Shown one piece after another: positions 1-9,741 of a DNA stretch of 64,000 nucleotides (position 1 is its first letter; each line of letters begins with the position of its first letter). The DNA is taken from positions 1-64,000 of the IMG/VR virus record IMGVR_UViG_3300030419_001484. The stretch is one strand, 5' to 3'. A model generated the notes under the pieces. That model was not told where the DNA came from, did no database searches, and saw only the letters and a program-made list of their open reading frames with translations. Source of the stretch: a virus. The translations under genes were made by a program, and so were the position numbers.

Positions 1-20
1 AATAACGAGGAGAGTAGGAA

Positions 21-905
21 ATGCCTTTTCAGAAAACATTTAGAATTTTATTGGAAGAAGACAACACTGATGGGTCTATCCTAGACAGTTTCGGTGGTGC
101 AAGTTTTCTATCATTAAACGGAACAGACTCAAACACATCAAATGCTGATGCTATATTGTTGGGTGTAGACGGAACTGCCGCTGAGGGAAAACCAGGCTGG
201 TTATCAGAGAACGCAGATGGTGGTGGTGACTATGCGAAAAGAAGAGTTATCGCAACAAATAGTGGTTGGGTGTTCACGCCTGGACAACCAAACTCTGGAA
301 GTGACAACACAGGAGCACAACCAGAAGTAATTGAGTGTCACAGAAGACTAAAAGATACAATAGACGTACCAACAGGTAATCAAGTATCCATAGGAAACGG
401 AACAAGTAAAACAACTTTCTATCCAGACGGAGATACATTTACTGGAGAATCATCATCTGATTTAGGAGATGTGGTCGCATATGTTTACTTCAATGAACCA
501 ATCAATGTTCAAGGTACACCACAGTTACAGCTCAATCAAGCAACTGCATTGGGTTCAAATTTTGGAACTATAATGGATTATAGCACGACATACTCAGATG
601 AAGGTAATGGTATCATGGCATTTGCACTTCCTGCTGGAGAAGATACACAGACATCAAACGTGACTAATAATACATTAGGTCTTATCAGTTCAAGTACAAT
701 ATCACTTAACAGTGGTACAATTCAAAAAATGACAGGTGATAGAATAATATTAGAAGATGTTATAGCATCATACTCTGATAATGACACTGAAGCTGGTATC
801 ATGTTAGAGAATGAAGTTGGACATATGTTAGAAGAAGCTGGTGTAGGTATGCCTGCTGACTTAGATTTAGGACTAGATGAGAACGCAAGTTTTACAGTAT
901 CTTAG
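21..905 (+). CDS. acidic virion structural protein (tail/baseplate-associated)
   Basis: G/S/T/D-rich ORF with recurring ILLE/IILE/MLE motifs like those in the gp7-like ORF at the window end; SD GGAGAG upstream. Confidence 0.5.
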   Translation: MPFQKTFRILLEEDNTDGSILDSFGGASFLSLNGTDSNTSNADAILLGVDGTAAEGKPGWLSENADGGGDYAKRRVIATNSGWVFTPGQPNSGSDNTGAQPEVIECHRRLKDTIDVPTGNQVSIGNGTSKTTFYPDGDTFTGESSSDLGDVVAYVYFNEPINVQGTPQLQLNQATALGSNFGTIMDYSTTYSDEGNGIMAFALPAGEDTQTSNVTNNTLGLISSSTISLNSGTIQKMTGDRIILEDVIASYSDNDTEAGIMLENEVGHMLEEAGVGMPADLDLGLDENASFTVS

Positions 906-916
906 TAAATTAGTTA

Positions 917-924
917 TATAAATA
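917..924 (+). promoter_or_regulatory. T4-type late promoter TATAAATA (also at 5700, 8239, 12663, 14283, 28035, 30606, 36612, 41179, 55126, 56389, 59628; minus strand at 36162-36169)
   Basis: exact gp55 consensus, mostly a short distance upstream of ORF starts. Confidence 0.75.
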
Positions 925-955
925 ATATTGTTAAATTAAAAACGTGAGGTGAATT

Positions 956-1168
956 ATGTTGAATGAAAATACTATAAACGAAAGAATAAAAGTTCTAGAT
1001 GGTGATATTGCAAAAGTTCAAAAAGAGTTGCAAACCTTAGAACAAAAGAAAGGAGAAACGACTGCATTGTTACACGCACTCAATGGTGCAAAACAACAAT
1101 GTAACTCGTTTCTACAACAGTTAAATAATGGTGAGCCAGATACTTCTGACTCAAGTGATGTGGAATAA
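956..1168 (+). CDS. small coiled-coil hypothetical protein
   Basis: ORF after late promoter, SD GAGGTG. Confidence 0.7.
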   Translation: MLNENTINERIKVLDGDIAKVQKELQTLEQKKGETTALLHALNGAKQQCNSFLQQLNNGEPDTSDSSDVE

Positions 1169-1185
1169 ATATCCACAGTAACATT

Positions 1186-1214
1186 CCCAATCACAATTAA
1201 GTGATGGGGTTTTT
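1186..1214 (+). terminator. putative intrinsic terminator
   Basis: CCCAATCAC/GTGATGGG stem followed by T-run. Confidence 0.45.
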
Positions 1215-1235
1215 ATTAATAGGGAGATCAGACTA

Positions 1236-1709
1236 ATGGCTGATAAAAAAATTACCGCCCTCACAGACTTGTCAACAGGTATCGCATCTGCTGACTTGTT
1301 TCATGTTGTGGACGACCCTACAGGTACACCGATAAACAAGAAAGTTTCAGTTGCAAACTTCTTGGGTAACTTACCATCAGGTGCTCCTATTGGGTTCAGT
1401 TCTGAAACAGTGACTACAGCGGCTACACTTTCAAATACAACAACTATTTCTTTCATCAGTGGTGCTGCCACAATTCTTGGTGACGGAACAGTAGACGGAC
1501 AATTAAAAATTGTTGCTGCTACTGGTGTTGGTACAACAACAGACGTTGACTTCATCGACTCTGCTGGAACAACTGCAACAGTTACATTCCAAGCAGTAGG
1601 TGAGTCAATTTCATGTATCTATGATGGTACAGGTTCTAAGTGGCACATCATTGCTTATGGTGCAACAGCTACTGGTTCTAACATCGTTGGTACACAAGAC
1701 GCTACATAA
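1236..1709 (+). CDS. virion structural protein (tail-fibre-associated, MADKKITAL-type N-terminus)
   Basis: T/G/A-rich beta protein; C-terminal domain paralogous to 39874..40236 (LxDGTxxGQLKI). Confidence 0.6.
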   Translation: MADKKITALTDLSTGIASADLFHVVDDPTGTPINKKVSVANFLGNLPSGAPIGFSSETVTTAATLSNTTTISFISGAATILGDGTVDGQLKIVAATGVGTTTDVDFIDSAGTTATVTFQAVGESISCIYDGTGSKWHIIAYGATATGSNIVGTQDAT

Positions 1710-1770
1710 TATTTTTTCTGGGTTGGGGGGACTTTTCCCCCCACTCTATTTTATTCGGTAAGGTAGTAAG

Positions 1771-2205
1771 ATGAGATCATTTAATAAATTTATAACAGAA
1801 GGTCGTGGCCCTCATACATCAGACCAGAGTATGGCATCTGATAGTGGTTTGAATCCATCAGAGATACAAAATCCTAAAGTCCTTAGAAGTTTAAATGCAT
1901 ATGTTGGTGCAATTGCAAATATGGAATACATTCTTCCAGAACACGCACTTAACAAATTAAGAAATAGTTTATCAAGAGTAGGTTTTTCCTTTGGTGCAAT
2001 ACCAGAGATGACAGAAGAAAGTGGTTCATTCAGTTTACCACTTACAAGATTTGGTGGTAGATTTGGTAAAGATACAAACACACCACATGATGAAGTTGTA
2101 AATGACGATGGTATATCACATATCATTGAAGGTGGGTTGGCATTAAAAATACAGTATGAGATGATGAAGAATAATTCCTGTAGGATTTTTGCAAAAATCG
2201 AGTAA
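1771..2205 (+). CDS. T4-like protein with capsid-targeting-like N-terminus
   Basis: MRSFNKFITE resembles T4 internal-protein CTS MKTYQEFIAE. Confidence 0.6.
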   Translation: MRSFNKFITEGRGPHTSDQSMASDSGLNPSEIQNPKVLRSLNAYVGAIANMEYILPEHALNKLRNSLSRVGFSFGAIPEMTEESGSFSLPLTRFGGRFGKDTNTPHDEVVNDDGISHIIEGGLALKIQYEMMKNNSCRIFAKIE

Positions 2206-2567
2206 TGTACGAAACCATTAACCCAAGTAATGTTGTTATGTATGCGATACGACATTACAATAATCCTCAATGCGAAGGTGAAAAAGAATTTGAGGATGAC
2301 CTAAAAAGATTTAAATACATCAAAAGACTTCTTAGAAAATACCACGATACAGGTATTCTCAAAGAAAGACTTCTTCTTAATCACTTAATAGTATTACATA
2401 ACGTGTTTGAAACAACACCATGTGTTACATTATTATTGTATAAAATACAAGAAGAATACTGGCCTACTCTCAAGTCATTTTTAATTTTCCTAAATAGTAT
2501 TACTGAAGATGAATTAACTCATGTTCAAGAAGATAATAACGTATTAGAGATTTTAAGGAAAGTCTAA
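2205..2567 (+). CDS. conserved T4-like hypothetical protein
   Basis: YNNPQC...EFEDDLKRFKYIKRLL...LLLNHLI, recognised from marine T4-like phages. Confidence 0.75.
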   Translation: MYETINPSNVVMYAIRHYNNPQCEGEKEFEDDLKRFKYIKRLLRKYHDTGILKERLLLNHLIVLHNVFETTPCVTLLLYKIQEEYWPTLKSFLIFLNSITEDELTHVQEDNNVLEILRKV

Positions 2568-3181
2568 TGGGAAGAGCGATTGATTTATTTGTAACTTATA
2601 GGTTTCTCAAGTTACTTACAACACCTTTTGAAAAGACAGATGCATACAAACTAGGTATCATTGATAAAGATGGTAATCGTATTCGTCAAGAGAAATCTAC
2701 GAAACCAGCAGTCGCACTTGCGACTTCTGAGTTAAAGAACGCATACACAATCCTCCACAAATTAGTATTCAATATAAAGAAATTATTTGCAAAGGTGCCT
2801 GGTCTTAGGACAAAGGTTGGTACTTATGCAGCCGCACTTTTTTTACTCAAGGATACATTCAAAGAATCAGTTGATGACCCACATATGTTTGAGAAAGAGT
2901 TTGTCAAATACCTCAAGGAAAACGATATAGAGTTTGATGATAGTATATCAGAGGAGGTTATTGGGTTTGGAGAGATACTACCCAAAGGAGAGTACGTTCT
3001 AGTCAATGATATACTAAATAAAGAAGAAGAAGAGTTATCTGCGAAGAAAGGTGATAAGGTTGTCGCATTTGATGACGAACCACCGATTGACACAGTTTTG
3101 GGTGTTGAGATTTTTCCTGTTGTTCATGCACAGTCCCAAGAAAAAATATATGTAAGTTTAGAGGATATTAAAGATGTCTAA
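2567..3181 (+). CDS. conserved T4-like hypothetical protein
   Basis: DLFVTYRFLKLLTTPF..DAYKLGIID..YTILHKLVFNIKK. Confidence 0.7.
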   Translation: MGRAIDLFVTYRFLKLLTTPFEKTDAYKLGIIDKDGNRIRQEKSTKPAVALATSELKNAYTILHKLVFNIKKLFAKVPGLRTKVGTYAAALFLLKDTFKESVDDPHMFEKEFVKYLKENDIEFDDSISEEVIGFGEILPKGEYVLVNDILNKEEEELSAKKGDKVVAFDDEPPIDTVLGVEIFPVVHAQSQEKIYVSLEDIKDV

Positions 3182-3716
3182 ATGGAAAGATTTAAAAACC
3201 TACACAGAGGTAAACCCATACACAGGAGCACCAGTAGATGAAGATGCACCAGCAAATGCAACTGGTGTCAATGTTGCTGGTACTGGTGATGACTCATCAG
3301 TTGTAGTTGTAAAGAAGAAAAAGAAAACACTCATAGATGCACGTTCTAAAAGTTACAAAGAACATAGAGCAAAACTTATGAAAGCTCGCGAACAAAGAGA
3401 AAAAAGAAAAAGTAAACTTGCACAGAAGATTGAAGATAAGAATGAATCTTTTACAAGAGAGAGTCATTTAGAAGAAGAAAGGGCAAGTAGTTATATATTA
3501 TCTACTTTGAGAGATATAGTCAAAAACAAATCTGCAAAGAGTATGAAGTTCAAAGATGGTTCTATGAAAGTAGACATGACTACTGCGAACATGATGTTAC
3601 AAGTCCTAGATAAAATAAACCCAATGAACAAAAAGAAAGTCATGGGTATTTTAGATAAAGGTGGTAAAGGTGACTTCATGAAAGTTCACAATGTGGTCAT
3701 GAAAGCATTAGGATAA
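3174..3716 (+). CDS. putative internal head protein
   Basis: EDAPANATG motif, K-rich, possible protease sites after x-x-E. Confidence 0.5.
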   Translation: MSKWKDLKTYTEVNPYTGAPVDEDAPANATGVNVAGTGDDSSVVVVKKKKKTLIDARSKSYKEHRAKLMKAREQREKRKSKLAQKIEDKNESFTRESHLEEERASSYILSTLRDIVKNKSAKSMKFKDGSMKVDMTTANMMLQVLDKINPMNKKKVMGILDKGGKGDFMKVHNVVMKALG

Positions 3717-3719
3717 TGC

Positions 3720-5186
3720 ATGAAAACTTTCAAGGAATATGTAACTAAGGATATCACTAATCCTTACAATCAATATGGTCGTGGAAGTGGTTTACTAGGG
3801 CCAGGTATGGGTCAGTATGACCCCATTGCAGACCTCAACGCACAATCAGAAAAAGAAGTAAAGAAATCTGACTTAGACCAGATTGAGAAGTATGCAGATA
3901 GATTGTTTGCATCTTTGGATATTGATGTAGAATTTACTAGACACTTCCTTGACAGAGTAAATGATGAGAGAAATGTAAAACAAATAACTCCCTCAGAACT
4001 CACAAGACTTTTCAAACAGACATATAAGAAACATGGTAAGACCATTGCAAGACTAGGGCCTGATGCACAAGCAGTTCTTACTGATATGAAAACAGATATC
4101 AATATGCCCTTTGTTCTTAATCTAAAAGGTGGTGAGTTGGAACTTGTCGCAAAGACTGTGATGAGAAAGAAAAACTTCAAGACTCCAAATCGTAAACTTG
4201 CGTTTGAGGAAATAAGTGAGGGTAGAGCAAAGAAAGCAGTTGCTGGTGGTAAGGTTCAGAAACTTGTGACTGCACATGGAATTGGATATAAGGGTAAAAA
4301 GTATAAAGAAATAGATATGGAGTTAGTAAAGATTGATAACTCTAGTGAAATGGTTACATTTAATATTATTCACCCAAAAGAAATATTTGGTAATGAAATT
4401 AAAATCCCATTTAGAACTCTGAGAAGAGGCCCGTTCATGGCGACTGATACCTCAAAGATAAATGAGGGAACATATTTCACAAGAACTAGATCAAATAAAT
4501 CTAGAGGTCAGATTATGAAAAAACAACTAAGACCTAAGATAGAACCTTTGATGAAAGATATTGGTTTTAAAAGAGGTAGTTACAAAATGGAGCCCAATGC
4601 AAGTGCAAACAATTTAATTATTACTGTGAATAAATCAGATTTGGATAGAGTTAAAAAAGCACTTAAACCACTTGGATTACCAAATATAGTACAAGTAGTG
4701 TCAGAGGGTAGAAAGACAATCAAGGTTGGTGAAGATGCATTGTTAGGAGATGGTAGTCCACACTACGCACTTGTATCAGACAGGGAAGTTATCGCAACAG
4801 GAACTAAACAGGAGATGTTAGAACTAAGTGATAAGGTACATGGTAGAGTATGGTTAACAAAATCTAATGTAGGTGATATAGTAGAACAATCAAATCCCAG
4901 AATACCTAGAAAGAAAGGTCAACCAGCAAAATCTAAGAAACATTCAGACTTATATACAGATGAAGACCCTGTGGGAACAATACATGGATTAGGTTTTAAA
5001 GATGTTGAAACTGCAAGAGCAAGTGTCAAGAAGATAGAAAATTCTGATAGAACACACGCACACAAGATACAAGCCGCAGTTGCAATGGAACAACGTGCAA
5101 AAGAAATGGGTAAGTCAGCAGAAGCAAACATATATCGTGCATATATTAATAAGATGAAAAAGAAAACTAAGGAGATGCGATCATGA
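3720..5186 (+). CDS. modular internal head polyprotein
   Basis: MKTFKEY N-terminus; several basic modules separated by ISE/INE/VSE/IVE. Confidence 0.6.
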   Translation: MKTFKEYVTKDITNPYNQYGRGSGLLGPGMGQYDPIADLNAQSEKEVKKSDLDQIEKYADRLFASLDIDVEFTRHFLDRVNDERNVKQITPSELTRLFKQTYKKHGKTIARLGPDAQAVLTDMKTDINMPFVLNLKGGELELVAKTVMRKKNFKTPNRKLAFEEISEGRAKKAVAGGKVQKLVTAHGIGYKGKKYKEIDMELVKIDNSSEMVTFNIIHPKEIFGNEIKIPFRTLRRGPFMATDTSKINEGTYFTRTRSNKSRGQIMKKQLRPKIEPLMKDIGFKRGSYKMEPNASANNLIITVNKSDLDRVKKALKPLGLPNIVQVVSEGRKTIKVGEDALLGDGSPHYALVSDREVIATGTKQEMLELSDKVHGRVWLTKSNVGDIVEQSNPRIPRKKGQPAKSKKHSDLYTDEDPVGTIHGLGFKDVETARASVKKIENSDRTHAHKIQAAVAMEQRAKEMGKSAEANIYRAYINKMKKKTKEMRS

Positions 5187-5635
5187 AATCATTTAGTGAA
5201 TTATACGAAAGTCTGTGGGCAAACATCCACAAGAAAAGACAAAGAATAAAACAAGGTTCTGGTGAGAAGATGAGAAAAGTTGGTGACAAGGGTGCACCTA
5301 CACGAGCGCAGATGAAACGTGCAAAAGGTGAACAGATGTATGATAGAGTCGGTAATGTAAAAATAATGAAACCTATACTGGTAAAACCAAAACCACTGGG
5401 TACTCCACCAAAGTTAGGTGGTCAAACTAAAAGAGGTTACAAGGTTATTGCAAGACCACCCAGATTACCAGAGAGTGAAGTCCAAGATACAAAAGATAAT
5501 CATAGAAGACAAAATCAAGCACGAAGACAAAAACAACAACAAGAATTAGAAACAGCTGCACGAATAGATGCACGAAACAAACAAAGAGAACAAGAAAAGA
5601 AAGAACGAAATAAACAACGACAAACAAAAACATAG
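5183..5635 (+). CDS. basic internal head protein
   Basis: MKSFSELYE CTS-like start; LWANIHKKRQRIKQGSGEKMRK module. Confidence 0.6.
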   Translation: MKSFSELYESLWANIHKKRQRIKQGSGEKMRKVGDKGAPTRAQMKRAKGEQMYDRVGNVKIMKPILVKPKPLGTPPKLGGQTKRGYKVIARPPRLPESEVQDTKDNHRRQNQARRQKQQQELETAARIDARNKQREQEKKERNKQRQTKT

Positions 5636-5756
5636 TCAAGCAATCAAAACTACAAATCTAATACCTAGAGCCGATGGCACTAAGAGGAAATCCCCCAAGT
5701 ATAAATAATAGACCACCAATAAAGGTAGGGCGACCCATAAGGACAAGGAGATATAT

Positions 5757-5930
5757 ATGTTAACTTGGCTTAAAAATAGGATGATTGAAATACATAACTG
5801 GGGCGGTGTCGGTATGATCGCAGTCGGAGTTATGATACTAATGGGATCATCTTTCATAGATTGGGTAGCGTATGCGACTATCGCTTACGGACTATACTCC
5901 ATATGGCATGGTATGGTGAGAGGAGAATAG
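5757..5930 (+). CDS. 57-aa two-TM membrane protein (not in ORF track)
   Basis: MLTWLKNRMIEIHNWGGVGMIAVGVMIL...GE*; SD AAGGAG; late promoter at 5700. Confidence 0.7.
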   Translation: MLTWLKNRMIEIHNWGGVGMIAVGVMILMGSSFIDWVAYATIAYGLYSIWHGMVRGE

Positions 5931-5931
5931 T

Positions 5932-6165
5932 ATGACTATTATTGAAACAAACTTTGGTACTAGAATAGACCCTCATAGAGTTGCACTTGGTTCTGCAACC
6001 AACGTAACTAAACAGGGTGCATTCTATGTGTTCTCTCTTAGAGTCGATACAGACGATGTAAGAGAATACTCTTTTAGTAATCGTGACAGAGCTGTTGCGA
6101 TGAGGAGTGTACTTATTTCTCACTTGAGAGAAAAAGTTAGATTCGAAAACAGGAAGAGAGCATAA
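5932..6165 (+). CDS. hypothetical protein
   Basis: SD AGGAG, translationally coupled. Confidence 0.65.
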   Translation: MTIIETNFGTRIDPHRVALGSATNVTKQGAFYVFSLRVDTDDVREYSFSNRDRAVAMRSVLISHLREKVRFENRKRA

Positions 6166-6383
6166 TGGAAGAAAACGAAATCATGATCGAACAAACCATT
6201 GGTGAAGTTGGAAGTAAAACTATTAACATTGGAACTGGTGGTGGAGGCATGAGTGATGTTGAAGCAGGGATAGAGTTTATCTATCATATGCGTGAACACA
6301 TACTTGATATTGGTGTCGCAACGATTTATGGTCTTGTTGTTTATGCACTCGTACTCTGGATTACTAAAAAGATCAAAGGGTAA
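6165..6383 (+). CDS. small membrane protein
   Basis: C-terminal TM helix. Confidence 0.6.
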   Translation: MEENEIMIEQTIGEVGSKTINIGTGGGGMSDVEAGIEFIYHMREHILDIGVATIYGLVVYALVLWITKKIKG

Positions 6384-6754
6384 TGTTTAAAACCTATATC
6401 ATAATTGCAGTTGTGGGGTCGATGGTTGCGACTGTCGGTCTTCTATACTACAGGGATACACAGAAACGCATATCGGCCTTACAACAAAATAACGCAAAGT
6501 TAGAAGTTGCAGTACAGTCTAAAGAGGCTGCACTTAACGAGATGACTGATAACTTTGAGAAACAAGCAAGATTAAATAAAGAACTCTCAGGCAAACTTGA
6601 AGATGCAGAAAAATACCAAGACGATTTGAGATCTAAGTTACAGAAACACGACTTAACTCGACTCAGTATTGGTAAGCCTGGAATGATGGAGAAAAGGATA
6701 AATGATGATACTAAGAAACTCTTTAGTGATTTTGAGTCTATTACTGCTAAGTAA
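6383..6754 (+). CDS. i-spanin (Rz-like)
   Basis: N-terminal TM plus long coiled coil, overlapped by downstream lipoprotein gene. Confidence 0.7.
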   Translation: MFKTYIIIAVVGSMVATVGLLYYRDTQKRISALQQNNAKLEVAVQSKEAALNEMTDNFEKQARLNKELSGKLEDAEKYQDDLRSKLQKHDLTRLSIGKPGMMEKRINDDTKKLFSDFESITAK

Positions 6755-7082
6755 CTGTTCAACCCCAGAAGGAAAAGTAGTTACAGTAACACAAGTAATA
6801 AAACCAAAAATCGCAGTAGTTGATAGACCCAAACCTTTGTCTATGACAAACCTAGATTGGTATGTTGTCACAGAAAAAAACTATGCAGAGTTTATTGAAC
6901 GATTTACAAAAGAAAATGGTGACTATGTTTTTTATGTAATAAGTGTTCGTGATTTCCAAAGACTAGCGTTAAACATGGCAGATATCAAAAGATATCTTGA
7001 ACAACAAAAAGAAATCATCCTTTACTATGAAAAGTCTGTAACAGAAGACCCAGAAATAGTAGAGGAAGATTTAGATGGCTAA
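6702..7082 (+). CDS. o-spanin (Rz1-like lipoprotein)
   Basis: signal peptide with lipobox LLSNC; overlaps i-spanin 3' end. Confidence 0.7.
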   Translation: MMILRNSLVILSLLLLSNCSTPEGKVVTVTQVIKPKIAVVDRPKPLSMTNLDWYVVTEKNYAEFIERFTKENGDYVFYVISVRDFQRLALNMADIKRYLEQQKEIILYYEKSVTEDPEIVEEDLDG

Positions 7083-7215
7083 GAAAAGTTTTACAACAGT
7101 CGCAGTTCATGAACCGACAATCAAAGGTACTTCACAAGGAAAGAAACCTATCACTTCAACTATGAATAAACATAAGAGAAGAAGTTATAAAAAGTACAGA
7201 GGACAAGGGAGATAA
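7075..7215 (+). CDS. small basic protein ending KKYRGQGR (not in ORF track)
   Basis: MAKKSFTT...MNKHKRRSYKKYRGQGR*, motif seen in marine T4-like phages. Confidence 0.7.
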   Translation: MAKKSFTTVAVHEPTIKGTSQGKKPITSTMNKHKRRSYKKYRGQGR

Positions 7216-7218
7216 GTC

Positions 7219-7980
7219 ATGGCTCAAAAAATGACAGAACAAAATAAACCCTTTGTTATGGCAACTTTGTCTGGTGTTGCATATAAACAACCAGAGGAAG
7301 CAAAAGAAACTTTTGAACAGTATAGATTTTTAGATCATGTGTTTATTGACAGAGATGGTGCTCAATGTTATCTTATCTGGAATGATGATGATGCAGTAGT
7401 GATATTTAGAGGAACAGAACCTAACCAATGGTCAGATGTAAAAGCAGACCTAAAGACATTTAAAAAAATGGGTATGTACAAAGATGGTTATGTTCATGGT
7501 GGATTTCAAGGAGAGATTGATAAGGTGTGGGATGAACTGGACACTCATTTAAGCGTACTGGAAGATAGAAAAATTCATGTGACAGGACATTCTCTGGGAG
7601 CCGCAATGGCAACCATATGTGCAAAAAGACTTTCAGAGGAATATGAAAATATACATTGTTTATATACCTTTGGTTCTCCAAGAGTGGGTAATCGAAAATG
7701 GTGTAAATCACACAAAGTAAAACACTATCGTTTTCAAAACAATAACGACATGGTTTGCAAAGTTCCATTTTGGATGATGGGTTTTAGACATCATGGAACA
7801 AACGTATATATGAACTACAAAGGTAGAGTAGTAAAGTATAGATGGTGGAGAAGAATGATTGACAGTATGCGTGGACGATTGAGAGCATTACTGAAGTTTC
7901 AATTATTTGATGGTATCTATGACCACGATATTTCTGCATATACAAATAGGTTAAAAGATGTGGTTTTGGATAGTAAGTAG
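7219..7980 (+). CDS. class 3 lipase
   Basis: FRGT, VHGGF, GHSLG nucleophile elbow, TFGSPRVG, DMVCKVP, C-terminal DH. Confidence 0.9.
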   Translation: MAQKMTEQNKPFVMATLSGVAYKQPEEAKETFEQYRFLDHVFIDRDGAQCYLIWNDDDAVVIFRGTEPNQWSDVKADLKTFKKMGMYKDGYVHGGFQGEIDKVWDELDTHLSVLEDRKIHVTGHSLGAAMATICAKRLSEEYENIHCLYTFGSPRVGNRKWCKSHKVKHYRFQNNNDMVCKVPFWMMGFRHHGTNVYMNYKGRVVKYRWWRRMIDSMRGRLRALLKFQLFDGIYDHDISAYTNRLKDVVLDSK

Positions 7981-8233
7981 TATCGCTGGAAGTATACTTG
8001 GGAGTGCAACTAATTCGTGGTTTGAAAAAACTGCGTTGGGTAAATGGTTCTACAAAAAAGTTGAAAACATTTACAACTGGGCTGCAAAAAGGTATGGGTT
8101 TGAGGTCTTGAAGTCAGAGGATAAATGGAGAAAAAAATATCCTAATATTGCAAAGAAGATTGATGACTTAGAAAAACAAGTCAAAGAAATGACAAAGGTG
8201 ACTGACAAAAATAGACCAATAAAAAAAGATTGA
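7958..8233 (+). CDS. hypothetical membrane-associated protein
   Basis: hydrophobic N-terminus, WRKKYP motif. Confidence 0.6.
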   Translation: MWFWIVSSIAGSILGSATNSWFEKTALGKWFYKKVENIYNWAAKRYGFEVLKSEDKWRKKYPNIAKKIDDLEKQVKEMTKVTDKNRPIKKD

Positions 8234-8266
8234 CATCATATAAATATTAATTAGTAAGGAAGTAAA

Positions 8267-8701
8267 ATGTCAGAACCTAATCTATTTTCTAAACACGATA
8301 TGTATACCCAAATAGAACTTCTCAAGAAAGAGGTTTCAGATATGAAAGGTATATATCAACGACTCGATACTGCAATAGTCAAGATTGGTGATGTGTCTAA
8401 CTCTATCAATCGTATGTTAGCAGTACACGAAGAAAAAATATCTCAACAAGAAGAAGTATTGATACGTTCAGATGCAGAGTTTTCTGCAAATGTAAAAGAG
8501 TTGCATTCTCGTATTACAACTAATACAAAAGAGATGATGGCTCTAATGTCAGAACAACACAAAGAACAAACTGATGCAATGACAAAACTCAAAACAGAAC
8601 TACAGAGCAGAGTAGGAGTTCTGGAAAAATGGAGATGGTTAATAATCGGTGGTTCTATAGTTGTTGGATTTATCGCACAGAAAATGATAATTTTGTCTTG
8701 A
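8267..8701 (+). CDS. coiled-coil protein with C-terminal TM
   Basis: LEKWRWLIIGGSIVVG; late promoter at 8239. Confidence 0.65.
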   Translation: MSEPNLFSKHDMYTQIELLKKEVSDMKGIYQRLDTAIVKIGDVSNSINRMLAVHEEKISQQEEVLIRSDAEFSANVKELHSRITTNTKEMMALMSEQHKEQTDAMTKLKTELQSRVGVLEKWRWLIIGGSIVVGFIAQKMIILS

Positions 8702-8726
8702 CAAACCAGTAATACTTGTGTATTAT
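8698..8726 (+). promoter_or_regulatory. sigma70-type promoter upstream of primase
   Basis: TTGACA-17nt-TATTAT with TG extension; ATG at 8734 implies a near-leaderless mRNA. Confidence 0.6.
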
Positions 8727-8733
8727 GGTTTCT

Positions 8734-9741
8734 ATGTATATTGAACAAAAGTATTTACTACTCGTATCTTCCCAATTATCACAGTTCACGAAAAAGGGTG
8801 ATTACCTTTGGAATTTTCGTTGTCCTTATTGTGGTGACTCCCATAAATCTAAAACTAAGGCTCGAGGATACGTTTTTCGTAAAGAACAGAAATTACTATA
8901 TAGATGTCATAACTGTTCAAAAGGTACTACCCTACAAGGACTCTTAAAACATATAGATGTTAATATATACAAAGACTATATATTTGAACAGTTTAAAAAA
9001 GATAAGACGAACAAAGAGTTGGATGGAAAATTAACATTCACTCCACCTAAATTTATGAAAGGGTCTTCACCACTTAAATCTCTCAAAAAAATATCACAAC
9101 TTAAACATGACCACCCTGTAAAGAAGTTTGTAGATAGTAGAAAGATACCAAGTAGGACTCACTTTGAATTGTTTTTTGCCCCTAAGTTTTATAAGTGGGT
9201 GAATACAATAATACCTAACAAGTTTCCCTCAACAGAGGGTGACCATCCAAGATTGGTGATACCATTCTTTGATGAGAATAATAAATTTTTTTGTTTTCAA
9301 GGGAGAGCATTCGGTGACGAAAATCCTAAATATATTACCCTCAAACTTGACCCAGACAAAAATAAAATATACGGACTCAATCGAGTCGATAAATCAAAAC
9401 ATATCCTTGTGGTCGAAGGCCCAATAGATAGTTTGTTTCTGGACAACTGTATTGCAGTTGCTGGTTCTACTAACTTTGCAAAGGATATACCGAAAGAGAA
9501 CACGACTATAGTATTTGATAATGAAAGAAGAAATAAACAGATATTAATACAAGTGAAACAGATAATAGACAAAGGTTACAATGTCGTTTTGTGGCCTGAT
9601 GATGTCAAAGAAAAAGATATAAACGACATGATACTGTCTGGTATGACGAAAGACCAGATACAAACAATTATTAAGAATAACACTTATCAAGGCAATATGG
9701 CCAAGATGAAGTTCGCAACATGGAGAAAAGTAAATGTCTAA
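8734..9741 (+). CDS. 61: DNA primase gp61
   Basis: NFRCPYCGDS..CHNC zinc finger; QGR; VVEGPIDSLF Toprim; KDIND. Confidence 0.95.
   Translation: MYIEQKYLLLVSSQLSQFTKKGDYLWNFRCPYCGDSHKSKTKARGYVFRKEQKLLYRCHNCSKGTTLQGLLKHIDVNIYKDYIFEQFKKDKTNKELDGKLTFTPPKFMKGSSPLKSLKKISQLKHDHPVKKFVDSRKIPSRTHFELFFAPKFYKWVNTIIPNKFPSTEGDHPRLVIPFFDENNKFFCFQGRAFGDENPKYITLKLDPDKNKIYGLNRVDKSKHILVVEGPIDSLFLDNCIAVAGSTNFAKDIPKENTTIVFDNERRNKQILIQVKQIIDKGYNVVLWPDDVKEKDINDMILSGMTKDQIQTIIKNNTYQGNMAKMKFATWRKVNV

Noticed and set aside
5674-5690. GAGGAAATCC as an RNase P RNA signature
   Set aside because: Does not match GAGGAAAGUCC and there is no room for the rest of the RNA
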